Shown here: positions 48,807 to 57,526 of the stretch, piece after piece
How the letters are laid out: every line of letters starts with the position of its first letter
How positions within the stretch are numbered: the stretch's first letter is position 1
From: a virus
Direction: 5' to 3' (one strand)
Length of the DNA: 64,000 nt
Virus record (IMG/VR): IMGVR_UViG_3300029268_000006
Coordinates: 32,001-96,000 of that record
Translations under genes and position numbers: made by a program
The notes under the pieces: model-generated
What the model was told of the DNA's origin: nothing
The model's input: the letters and a program-made list of their open reading frames with translations, nothing else
Database searches by the model: none

Positions 48807-49483
48807 AGTTATTAGATGGTAAAATGTTTTTTGGAATCGTTGAGGATAATAAAGATCCGAATAGAAGAGGTCGTGTTAAGGTTAGGGTTCAAAGTGTTTT
48901 TGATGATATACCATTGGAAGATATTCCATATGCTTCCCCAACATTGGCATCTGATGGGAAAAGTTTCAGTATACCGGATGTTGGTAAAGTAGTAACTGTT
49001 GTTTTTGCGTGGGGGGATCAATATCAACCATATTATATATCAAGTGTTTATTTTAACATAAATTTGGAAGAGAAATTAAATGATTTATCTGATGATCAAT
49101 ATACTAGTTTTTCTGCTTTATTTTTTGATAACAATACCCAGATTTATGCAGATGAGGTGGATTTGACTATTGATTATCTTTTCAATAAAATTACAATTTC
49201 AGATAAAAATATAAATTTAGAATTGAAAGATAACGATAGAAAATTAACTTTGGGAACAGTAGAAGCTGATCAACAGGCATTATTATCGAACCATTGGTTT
49301 AAATGGTTTGATAAATTGGTTGATGCTTTGGTAAAACCAAGTTCATTGATCGGAAATAGTGGTGGTCCTATTTTAAAACCAGAAGTTGATCAACTTTTAG
49401 CTGAATATAAATTAATAAAGGATACGTTTTTATCAAAAAATGTTTATATTGTTGATAATGGTGATGTAAAAAAATTAAAATAA
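48803..49483 (+). CDS. gp5-like baseplate spike protein (N-terminal OB-fold)
   Basis: GIVEDNKDPNRRGRVKVRV....IP.EDIPYA....P.VGKVV.V.F motif. Confidence 0.8.
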   Translation: MKLLDGKMFFGIVEDNKDPNRRGRVKVRVQSVFDDIPLEDIPYASPTLASDGKSFSIPDVGKVVTVVFAWGDQYQPYYISSVYFNINLEEKLNDLSDDQYTSFSALFFDNNTQIYADEVDLTIDYLFNKITISDKNINLELKDNDRKLTLGTVEADQQALLSNHWFKWFDKLVDALVKPSSLIGNSGGPILKPEVDQLLAEYKLIKDTFLSKNVYIVDNGDVKKLK

Positions 49484-49484
49484 A

Positions 49485-50609
49485 ATGGCTGGAATAAGAC
49501 CGAGTAAACCAAATTTAGACGATGTTGATACTAAAATAAACAAAGATAATTATAAAGATAGTGATTATATTGCACCAGAAGCAAAGGAATCTATAAAGAA
49601 TACAACCAATAAAGAAACTGATAAAATGTCCACTTCTACTTCTACATCATCAACAATAGAATGTGATACTAGTCCAGTTACTGGTGCTTTATCTGATGTA
49701 ACACCCGATGAAAATGACAAAATAATAGAAAAATCTTTACAAAAATCTGATGTTGAAAAAATGCAATATATTTCCCAAAATAATCCAGAATATTTAGATG
49801 AAATGGGATTATCACCCGATGAAATCTTTGGAATAAATATGTCTGGTGATTCTGGTTATACTTATCAAGATAATGAAATAGTAATGGATGAGAATGGTTT
49901 AGTATATGTTGAACAAACAACACAAACACAAACAGAAAGTCAATTATCTAATATTACTTCCGGGAACGTGGAAACTGGTAATCAAATAATTGGAACAGGA
50001 CAACCAACAATAATTAAAGTTTCCAGTGTGTTTGCACACCCAACAAATAATGTTGGTAAGTTGTCTAGTAGTTTTGGTTTGAGAATTTTACCAGCCGAAC
50101 GATATTGGCAATTACATTCTGGAATTGATATATCTGCACCTAAAAATACACCAATTTATGCAATATCTGATGGAGTTGTGGTTTCTATAAATACAAATAG
50201 AGATGGTGGTGGTTATGGAAATTTTATAAAATTAGCATTTGCATATAGTGGCAAACCATATTTTGTCTTTTATGCACATTTGGAATATGTCGAGGTTATT
50301 AAGAATCAAAAAGTTGTTAAGGGTCAAAAGATGGGTGGTGTCGGTGGAACTGGAAAGAAACCAGAATATGGTCCTCATTTACATTTTGAAGTGAGAGATG
50401 CATCAAATAGAAAAATAACATATATAAGAGGTTCAATCAATGATACATTTGTTGGTGACGAAAAACCGAGAGAAAGAAAATCTAAAAACATTTCAGATAG
50501 AAGTTTAAAATGGATACCAAATTCAAATACTGATTTTGAAATTCAAAATGAATTTAAATCATATATTAATCCAAGTGATTTTCTTTCCAATCCATCAAAA
50601 TATACTTAA
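49485..50609 (+). CDS. M23-family peptidase (cell-wall hydrolase) with a long N-terminal extension
   Basis: HSGIDI.A..NTPIYA, GGYGN, YAHL, GPHLHFEV. Confidence 0.88.
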   Translation: MAGIRPSKPNLDDVDTKINKDNYKDSDYIAPEAKESIKNTTNKETDKMSTSTSTSSTIECDTSPVTGALSDVTPDENDKIIEKSLQKSDVEKMQYISQNNPEYLDEMGLSPDEIFGINMSGDSGYTYQDNEIVMDENGLVYVEQTTQTQTESQLSNITSGNVETGNQIIGTGQPTIIKVSSVFAHPTNNVGKLSSSFGLRILPAERYWQLHSGIDISAPKNTPIYAISDGVVVSINTNRDGGGYGNFIKLAFAYSGKPYFVFYAHLEYVEVIKNQKVVKGQKMGGVGGTGKKPEYGPHLHFEVRDASNRKITYIRGSINDTFVGDEKPRERKSKNISDRSLKWIPNSNTDFEIQNEFKSYINPSDFLSNPSKYT

Positions 50610-50652
50610 ACTATTTTCATATTTTTCCTTATAATAAATAAAAATTTTATTT

Positions 50653-51609
50653 ATGAAAGTTATAAATGATCTGTTCTGGGAGAAATATAGACCAAAATCT
50701 TTAAATCAAATGGTTCTTCTACCTAGAATTAGAGAAGAATTGAATGAAGGTTTTAAAAAGAATTATTTATTTCATGGACATGCTGGAACTGGTAAATCTA
50801 CTATTGTTAGGATATTATTAAAAGATAAAGATTTTATCAGAATAAATGCATCTAAAAATGGTGGAATTGATACACTTAGGGATGAAATGGATGATTTTTG
50901 TACTGCGATGAGATCACCATTTACCAAATCTGATGATAAGATGAAATATATTTATTTAGAAGAATTTGAAGGTTCGACAAAGGATTTTCAATATGCTTTT
51001 AAAGCATTTACCGAAGATTATGATAAACGGGTCAGATTTATTATCACCATGAATGATTTATCTGCTGTTAAAGTACCGGAACTTTTATCAAGATTTAATC
51101 CTTTGATCAAATTTGATCCGATAAATGATTCAGAAAGAGAATATCTTCAACAGGGATATTTCAAATATTTATCAGCAATATCCAAACATACCGAATTAAA
51201 TCTAAAAGATGAAACTATAAAGAATTTGATAAATACTTATTTCCCGGATTTAAGATCAGCGGTCGAGGGTGTTCATCAAATTTTTATAACCGGAAAGGAA
51301 GATGTTGAAATACAAGAATCATATTCTGATATTTATAAATTCATATTAAGTAATAGAACATCATTTGATGACATTTATAATTTTGTTGTTGATAATTATA
51401 CGAATAGACCAAAGGAATTAATGGTTGTTCTGGGTAGACCTTTCTATAAATATTTAACTGATAATCATAAAAATATTATTGAAAAAAGTGGATTCAAATT
51501 AATGGGGATTTCAAAACAATATAATGCTGAATATGAAACAACAATAGATCCAATTATACATTTGATTTCTTACATATCGGATTTGAAAAAAATAATAAAT
51601 GAAGTATGA
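50653..51609 (+). CDS. gp44: Sliding-clamp loader large subunit (gp44/RFC-like)
   Basis: WEKYRPKSL, GHAGTGKST, INAS, RFIITMN, LLSRF, FPDLR. Confidence 0.9.
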   Translation: MKVINDLFWEKYRPKSLNQMVLLPRIREELNEGFKKNYLFHGHAGTGKSTIVRILLKDKDFIRINASKNGGIDTLRDEMDDFCTAMRSPFTKSDDKMKYIYLEEFEGSTKDFQYAFKAFTEDYDKRVRFIITMNDLSAVKVPELLSRFNPLIKFDPINDSEREYLQQGYFKYLSAISKHTELNLKDETIKNLINTYFPDLRSAVEGVHQIFITGKEDVEIQESYSDIYKFILSNRTSFDDIYNFVVDNYTNRPKELMVVLGRPFYKYLTDNHKNIIEKSGFKLMGISKQYNAEYETTIDPIIHLISYISDLKKIINEV

Positions 51610-51872
51610 TAACAAAAATTGAATATAAAAAAGCAATGGAGGTTGTTAAACAATATGAAAAGGAACAATCTGAAAAATGGAGATGTGAGAAATGTGAGAA
51701 GCAGTTTAGTAATCCGTTTGATGAATATTATTGTACAGATGGATTTGATTTAAGAAATGATAAAGATTGTAAAGGTAAAAATTTTATGAATCATAATGAT
51801 TTAATGCAAAACGGTGGACATTTGTATTCAGGTCATTATTCATCACAAGGAGATCAGGGGAAAACGAATTAA
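51606..51872 (+). CDS. Small hypothetical Cys-containing protein
   Basis: 88 aa; CEKC; overlaps both neighbours. Confidence 0.55.
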   Translation: MITKIEYKKAMEVVKQYEKEQSEKWRCEKCEKQFSNPFDEYYCTDGFDLRNDKDCKGKNFMNHNDLMQNGGHLYSGHYSSQGDQGKTN

Positions 51873-52858
51873 TGAAGATCATATATAAATCCCATTGGGA
51901 AAATATGAATGACGATGATTTGATCGTATTTAAAAAATTTATATTTGATTATTATAGAAACAAAGGGTTTCCATATTTTCCGATACCGGACATAGAAAAA
52001 GATATTATCAAAATAAAAAAATATCTTGATAACAACACGATAATATCAGATAAGATAATAAAACAGACCATGCATGGTCTAAATATATGTTGGTATTATT
52101 TTCCCCATTCTTGGGAAGTGAAATGTAACAATATGTTTTCTCCAATGGAAACTTTTTTAGATGATTCGAAATTAAAAAGAGTTATTGATAAACGAATAAA
52201 AAACGATACATACATTAGTGATGGTGGTATGAGAAAACAATTAAGAATATTTACCGGAACACAAAGTGTATCAAATTTCAGACCGACTTCGGCATATGGA
52301 ATTTATGAATATTTTGGTGGTGGGGTAGTGTATGATATGTCATCTGGATACGGTGGAAGATTACTTGGGTCTTTTTTAAGTGATAAAGTGAAAAAATATA
52401 TTGGAGTCGATCCATGTAAAAAGACATATGAAGGGCTGATAAATTTGAAAAATGATTTGAATTATAAAAAATCAGAATTATATAATATTGGAAGTGAAGA
52501 TTTCATACCAGATAAAAATAGTTTAGATTTGTGTTTCACATCACCACCTTATTTCGATACCGAAAAATATTCAGATGAAGATACACAAAGTTGGAAAAAA
52601 TATCAAACAAAAAATTCATGGTTGAATGATTTTTTATTCACAACAGTTAAAAATTGTATTTATGGTCTAAAAACGGGTGGTTATTTGGCAATAAATATTT
52701 CTAATGTTAAATCATATACTGATTTAGAATTTGATTTTATTTATATGATGAATAAATTTGATGAATTAAAATATATTGATAAATTGTTTTACACATTAAG
52801 TGCGATAAATAAAGGTGGTTTCAAATACGAACCAATTTTCATTTTTCAAAAAATATAA
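51872..52858 (+). CDS. Amino-DNA methyltransferase (N4-C/N6-A type)
   Basis: YDMSSGYGGRLLG (SAM-binding); FTSPPYFDTEKY (catalytic). Confidence 0.85.
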   Translation: MKIIYKSHWENMNDDDLIVFKKFIFDYYRNKGFPYFPIPDIEKDIIKIKKYLDNNTIISDKIIKQTMHGLNICWYYFPHSWEVKCNNMFSPMETFLDDSKLKRVIDKRIKNDTYISDGGMRKQLRIFTGTQSVSNFRPTSAYGIYEYFGGGVVYDMSSGYGGRLLGSFLSDKVKKYIGVDPCKKTYEGLINLKNDLNYKKSELYNIGSEDFIPDKNSLDLCFTSPPYFDTEKYSDEDTQSWKKYQTKNSWLNDFLFTTVKNCIYGLKTGGYLAINISNVKSYTDLEFDFIYMMNKFDELKYIDKLFYTLSAINKGGFKYEPIFIFQKI

Positions 52859-52861
52859 AAC

Positions 52862-52885
52862 AAACCCCGGAAAATCCGGGGTTTT
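52862..52885. terminator. Bidirectional terminator
   Basis: AAACCCCGGA-AAA-TCCGGGGTTTT between convergent genes. Confidence 0.85.
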
Positions 52886-52933
52886 ACATTAGGTGTTTAA
52901 TCTCAAAAAAAGGATCTTCTAGTAATTATATAA

Positions 52934-53923
52934 TTATTTCTTTTCGTTATCGATCTTATCTGAGAAATCATCAATATAATTAATATAATCGAGAAATTTT
53001 GGTTCTCTTTTTAACGAATTTTTCCGTTCATTTGGTAAATCGATTTCAATATGACAACGAAGAGTTGCTGGATTTGCATCTAATATAAAAATATCGGTTG
53101 AAAGAAATACAGCTTCTCGAATATCATGTGTGACTAACAAAATAGTTGGGTCTAAACCATTATTATCTTGGAAGATTTTACGAAGAAATAATTGCATTGA
53201 TCGTCTGGTTACGGTGTCTAATGCACCAAACGGTTCATCCATCAATAAAATATTCGGATTAGCCACCAAATTACGAGCTATGGCAACTCTTTGTAACTGA
53301 CCCCCGGATAGTATAGGGTATTTTGCCCACTTCGATTCATGACCACTTAAACCCACAATTTTAATCATCTCCATTGCTTTCTCACGAGCTTCCTTTTTTG
53401 GTGTTCCACTTAGGATTAACGGAAGTGCAACATTATCCAAAACAGATTTCCAAGGGAATGAAGAATATTGTTGGAAAACCATCGGGATGTGATTATCGTC
53501 CTTGAGTTTTGTACCGTGAAGATAAACACTACCGGATGTTGGTTTTTGTAAACCACAAATATAACGTAATATTGTACTATTATGTGATAAAATACCATTA
53601 ACAAAAAATCTTCTTTGAGATATTTCTGTTAATTCTATATCTATCATGTTATCTTCAACTTTTGTTTCAATTATAGATATAACTTTTTCTAAACCATTAT
53701 TTGTTATAATTAAATTATCAATTTTTAAATCTTTAACAAATATTTCATTTATATTTTTATCAAACACTATATGTGTGTCTGCACATTTTAATTCGTGATT
53801 TTCGGTTTTCAATATCCATATTATATATGGAATTGTAATTGATATAGATTTAATATCAACAAAACCATCATCTGTTAATATTTCATATTCATCATTTTCT
53901 AAAATTTTAATATATTTTCTCAT
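52934..53923 (-). CDS. NitT/TauT-type ABC ATPase, long C-intein (about 115 aa) plus C-terminal fragment
   Basis: Likely start is ATG 53923. ELKCADTH; FFVNGILSHN|STILRYICGLQKPTSG (junction 53579/53578); Q-loop MVFQ, signature LSGGQLQRV, Walker B LLMDEPFGALD, H-loop LVTHD. Confidence 0.92.
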   Translation of the reverse strand: MRKYIKILENDEYEILTDDGFVDIKSISITIPYIIWILKTENHELKCADTHIVFDKNINEIFVKDLKIDNLIITNNGLEKVISIIETKVEDNMIDIELTEISQRRFFVNGILSHNSTILRYICGLQKPTSGSVYLHGTKLKDDNHIPMVFQQYSSFPWKSVLDNVALPLILSGTPKKEAREKAMEMIKIVGLSGHESKWAKYPILSGGQLQRVAIARNLVANPNILLMDEPFGALDTVTRRSMQLFLRKIFQDNNGLDPTILLVTHDIREAVFLSTDIFILDANPATLRCHIEIDLPNERKNSLKREPKFLDYINYIDDFSDKIDNEKK

Positions 53924-53925
53924 TT

Positions 53926-54095
53926 TTATGTATTTAAAAATATTAAACAATCATTTATTGTTTTTTCTTTATTTTCTTTATAATCATATTCAAAACAAAA
54001 TAACCATTTTTTTTAATTTCTTCATCTCTTATTAAATCTCTTTTTTTATTTTCAGAATTTTTTCTATGAATTCAATAATTTTATTTTTATTTTTT
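53926..54095 (-). pseudogene. Decayed Vsr/DUF559-like endonuclease remnant inside the split ABC ATPase locus
   Basis: Across two frameshifts it reads KIIEF/HRKNSENKKRDLIRDEEIKKNGYFV/EYDYKENKEKTINDCLIFLNT*, paralleling the C-termini of ORFs 8529 and 30629. Confidence 0.75.
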
Positions 54096-54374
54096 ATAAA
54101 AAAAATCCGGTTTAATTATTTTATTTTCTAATTTTAATCTATATTCATTATTTTTACCACTATCGTCTAATCTTGTGAGATGCGTATTTAAAGCTTCAAA
54201 TCAATTGAAAAAGATGAAAGACCTTGATTTAATTGGTGATAATGGAGAAAATCCTAAATCAAATAATTACAGATATGTATATAATCCTGCTAATTAAACG
54301 CATGGTCAAACACATGGTCAAACTGTCCATGCTCGCATGGTCATTCGCATGGTAGTATTTAAAGTCTTTTTTGG

Positions 54375-54986
54375 TTAATTTGGATGTTGTAAACGTTTTA
54401 TCATTTCTTCTGCTTTTATTTTTTCAATTTTTTGTGTTTTTTTATTTCTAATTGTAATAATAGAATCCATAGTAAAACACTTCCCACATCCAGATTTTCC
54501 TAAAATTGTAACAAATTGACCCCTACCTTTAATATCTTTAACACTTAAATTCAAATTTTCAAATACGACATTTTTCCCCTTAACAAGTTTTGGTGCTGGT
54601 GGTTTTAAAAACATTGAATTTTTCTTATTCGTAACATTTCCGGTACTATCAGTTTTACCCGGAACTGTTGGTAAGATAACATCATATTCTTGTTTTATAT
54701 CAACAAGATCAATGATGTTTACTTTTTCGTAATGTTGATTCGGACTTTTGACTTCAATAATATTTGTATCTTCAAAGTCATTGATAAACATTTCTGGCTT
54801 TGGTTCTGGTTTATCTTCACTTTCAATTGTTTCTGGTTCTTCAACCACTTTAGGTTCTTCAACCTTTAATTCGACCTTTAATTCATCGAATTTATTTTCG
54901 ATTTTTGATTCTTCGACATTTTCCGGTTGAACCTTTGATTCTTCAATAGGTTCGGGTTTTTTTCTATTACTAAAAATATTTCCCAT
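54375..54986 (-). CDS. ABC ATPase N-terminal fragment (acidic extension, Walker A) plus short N-intein (34 aa)
   Basis: VFENLNLSV..GQFVTILGKSGCGK|CFTMDSIITIRNKKT (Cys1 at 54479-54477). Confidence 0.9.
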   Translation of the reverse strand: MGNIFSNRKKPEPIEESKVQPENVEESKIENKFDELKVELKVEEPKVVEEPETIESEDKPEPKPEMFINDFEDTNIIEVKSPNQHYEKVNIIDLVDIKQEYDVILPTVPGKTDSTGNVTNKKNSMFLKPPAPKLVKGKNVVFENLNLSVKDIKGRGQFVTILGKSGCGKCFTMDSIITIRNKKTQKIEKIKAEEMIKRLQHPN

Positions 54987-54988
54987 TG

Positions 54989-55792
54989 TTATACGTATTT
55001 GAATTTGAAACTACTTTTATCAATCCATTTGAAAAGTTTATCCGATAAATATCCGATAAAGATAATTTCCAATAAAATGGCGTACAACATATCGCTTCTA
55101 GACGCCTTTTGAATGGGGAAAGTCATACCACCCAAACCACCTTGATTATTAATCATTTCAGCAACTACAACATAAGTCCAAGAAATTGCCACAAGTACCC
55201 TGATATCATCTGAAACTCTTGATATTACCAATGGTAAATATAAATGTCTTATTTGTTGCCAACGACTAGCACCTAATGTTAGAATTGTTTGTTTGTATAT
55301 TTTATCGATTTCATCAATACGTTGTACCACCACAGGAATTAAATATACAGCGATACCAAATGCTAGGAAATGAACCTTAACACCAAAATAAATACCAAAT
55401 AAAGATATAAATATTCCGGTTGCTGCGGGTAATGGTAGGAATCGAACAGAATCAATTTGTTTACTTAATAATGATCTAAATATAGGGAATAGACCAATAA
55501 GAAAACCTAGTGGGATGGCGATTATAATTGCTTCTAAATATCCAAGAAAATTGATTGATAACGAATAACCAGTATTAGAAATTAAATTATATGTTGGATC
55601 TTTGATCATCTCACCATATGACATAAGAACGTTAATTGGATTTGGTAGGATACGACTATTAATCCAACCCATCGTTGATGTCAACAACCAAAGAAATATA
55701 AGAAGAATCCAACCAATGATTTGTGTGATGGTGGCAGTTTTTTTATCTACCTGACCATCCATTTTAAACAATTCTTTTATTTGAGAATTCAT
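54989..55792 (-). CDS. ABC transporter permease (SsuC/TauC-like)
   Basis: ILPNP; multiple TM helices; LGASRWQQIRHLYLP EAA-type loop; ISWTYVVVAE..GLG. Confidence 0.9.
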   Translation of the reverse strand: MNSQIKELFKMDGQVDKKTATITQIIGWILLIFLWLLTSTMGWINSRILPNPINVLMSYGEMIKDPTYNLISNTGYSLSINFLGYLEAIIIAIPLGFLIGLFPIFRSLLSKQIDSVRFLPLPAATGIFISLFGIYFGVKVHFLAFGIAVYLIPVVVQRIDEIDKIYKQTILTLGASRWQQIRHLYLPLVISRVSDDIRVLVAISWTYVVVAEMINNQGGLGGMTFPIQKASRSDMLYAILLEIIFIGYLSDKLFKWIDKSSFKFKYV

Positions 55793-55888
55793 TCTTTATT
55801 TTTATGTGATTAAAAAATTGAGGAATAAGAAAAATATATATTCCTACCCCAAGATAGGAGTAGGAATATATGAAGTCATATGAAGTTA

Positions 55889-57475
55889 TTATCTGTTGAT
55901 GAGTTGAAATTCAGTACGGCGATTTTTTGATTTCATTTCGTTTGTACTTTCAGTTTCACACCCAACAACTGGTTTGGATGATCCATTACCAATTACAGCC
56001 ACAATATAGGATGAATTGATACCTCTTTTAATCATATAATCAGCCACCGATTGTGCCCTCTTTTTGGACAAAATGACGTTTGATTTTGGATTACCAGTTT
56101 TATCGGTATTACCTTCCAAACGAAATTTAGAACCACCAGCAACACCTTTGGCGATAGGAATAATTTCCCTATCTATTTTTTCCATTGCGTATTCATCTAA
56201 AGTGAAAGAATTAACAGCAAATTCAATGGATACTGGTTTAATTGCTGATGCTTCAGCCGTTTTGATATCTTCACTAACAGATGAAAAAACGATTTCACCT
56301 TCAGCTGAATGAATTCCACCACTCAAAGTAGTAATACCCTGAATAAGACTAGGATCAGAAACCTGACGCCAAGGGAATGGATTTTTAGCCAAACCAACTT
56401 CAGTATAAACCCTTGTCATTTTAGTATAAAGTTCATCACCGTCAACACCATTAAAGGATGAATTGAGTCCGAAGAAGTTTACATTATCACCATATGTTGA
56501 ATACCTCACTTTATACATACCATCAGCGACAACAAATTTTGGTGCGTTGAAAGCCTTCGAAAAAGTAGATGCGATACTATCATATATTGGTGGAATACTA
56601 TTTGGTTTACCATCAGACATTTTACTGATTTCATCGGTAAATATAGTAGGATCGATTTTTTTACAAAGTTCGTTAGTTTCTGCGTTGATTGTCAACCAAG
56701 CAACTGCTATTTTTTCAAAATATTTCTTTTTCTTTTCAAAAACATCTTTACGAACTATAATACCATCCATAATAATGTTACGAGCGAATTTAGTTGAAAA
56801 AATTTCATGTGAACCGGCAATGGCTGTGTAACAATCACCATCATCTGGGGACCAAACTACAGCAACGGGAACTTCACCACTTTTGAACATTTTAGCGGAT
56901 TCAATACCGTCGCCAACTTTTACCAATTCAACATCATTTTGTGTAAGACCGGCGGTTTCAAGTACCCTTAAAAGAAGTGTATGTGATGCTGTTCCAACAG
57001 CCACTGCTATTTTCTTACCTTTTAAATCAGATACACTTTTAATAGTACGAACACCAACAATAACATCGGCACCACGACTATCATCAATTTTAAGAATTTG
57101 TACAACACCTAATTTCATCAAGTCTGACATTTCTCCATTTTCGATTGGTGAAATATCGGTGGTAGTATAAATAAAATCTACCTTACCTTCTTTCAAAGCG
57201 TCAATACAATTTGAACGAACATCCATTTGTTCAATCTTCAATTTAAGACCAAACTCCTTTGTAAGACGTGATTCTTTATTCACATCTTTTCCATGATTGA
57301 GATATACAATCGGAGCAAATCCACTCCAAGTGTTAAGAGATCCTGTCAAATCGGCGGATGAATCACCTGTCAATGACTTACTGATTGTCGGCCAAAAATA
57401 AATAGATGCCGGGATTACGATGATGAGGGCGATTACCGTCCAAGTTAACCATCCAATTTGTCTTAAAAAATTCAT
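55889..57475 (-). CDS. NMT1/THI5-like substrate-binding protein fused to an OmpA-like peptidoglycan-binding domain
   Basis: N-terminal TM helix; DDSRGADVIV, DLKGKKIAV; C-terminal LEGNTD.TG...N..LS..RAQSV...GNG..KP...NRRTEF. Confidence 0.88.
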   Translation of the reverse strand: MNFLRQIGWLTWTVIALIIVIPASIYFWPTISKSLTGDSSADLTGSLNTWSGFAPIVYLNHGKDVNKESRLTKEFGLKLKIEQMDVRSNCIDALKEGKVDFIYTTTDISPIENGEMSDLMKLGVVQILKIDDSRGADVIVGVRTIKSVSDLKGKKIAVAVGTASHTLLLRVLETAGLTQNDVELVKVGDGIESAKMFKSGEVPVAVVWSPDDGDCYTAIAGSHEIFSTKFARNIIMDGIIVRKDVFEKKKKYFEKIAVAWLTINAETNELCKKIDPTIFTDEISKMSDGKPNSIPPIYDSIASTFSKAFNAPKFVVADGMYKVRYSTYGDNVNFFGLNSSFNGVDGDELYTKMTRVYTEVGLAKNPFPWRQVSDPSLIQGITTLSGGIHSAEGEIVFSSVSEDIKTAEASAIKPVSIEFAVNSFTLDEYAMEKIDREIIPIAKGVAGGSKFRLEGNTDKTGNPKSNVILSKKRAQSVADYMIKRGINSSYIVAVIGNGSSKPVVGCETESTNEMKSKNRRTEFQLINR

Positions 57476-57526
57476 AATTTCTCCTTTTTTTAATTATTAA
57501 ACACTAAATTGATTATTTATTGATAT

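Noticed and set aside
54296-54362. CATGGT repeats reading HGHSHGS as a metallophosphoesterase
   Set aside because: Too short, with no start or other motifs; treated as debris in the decayed spacer.
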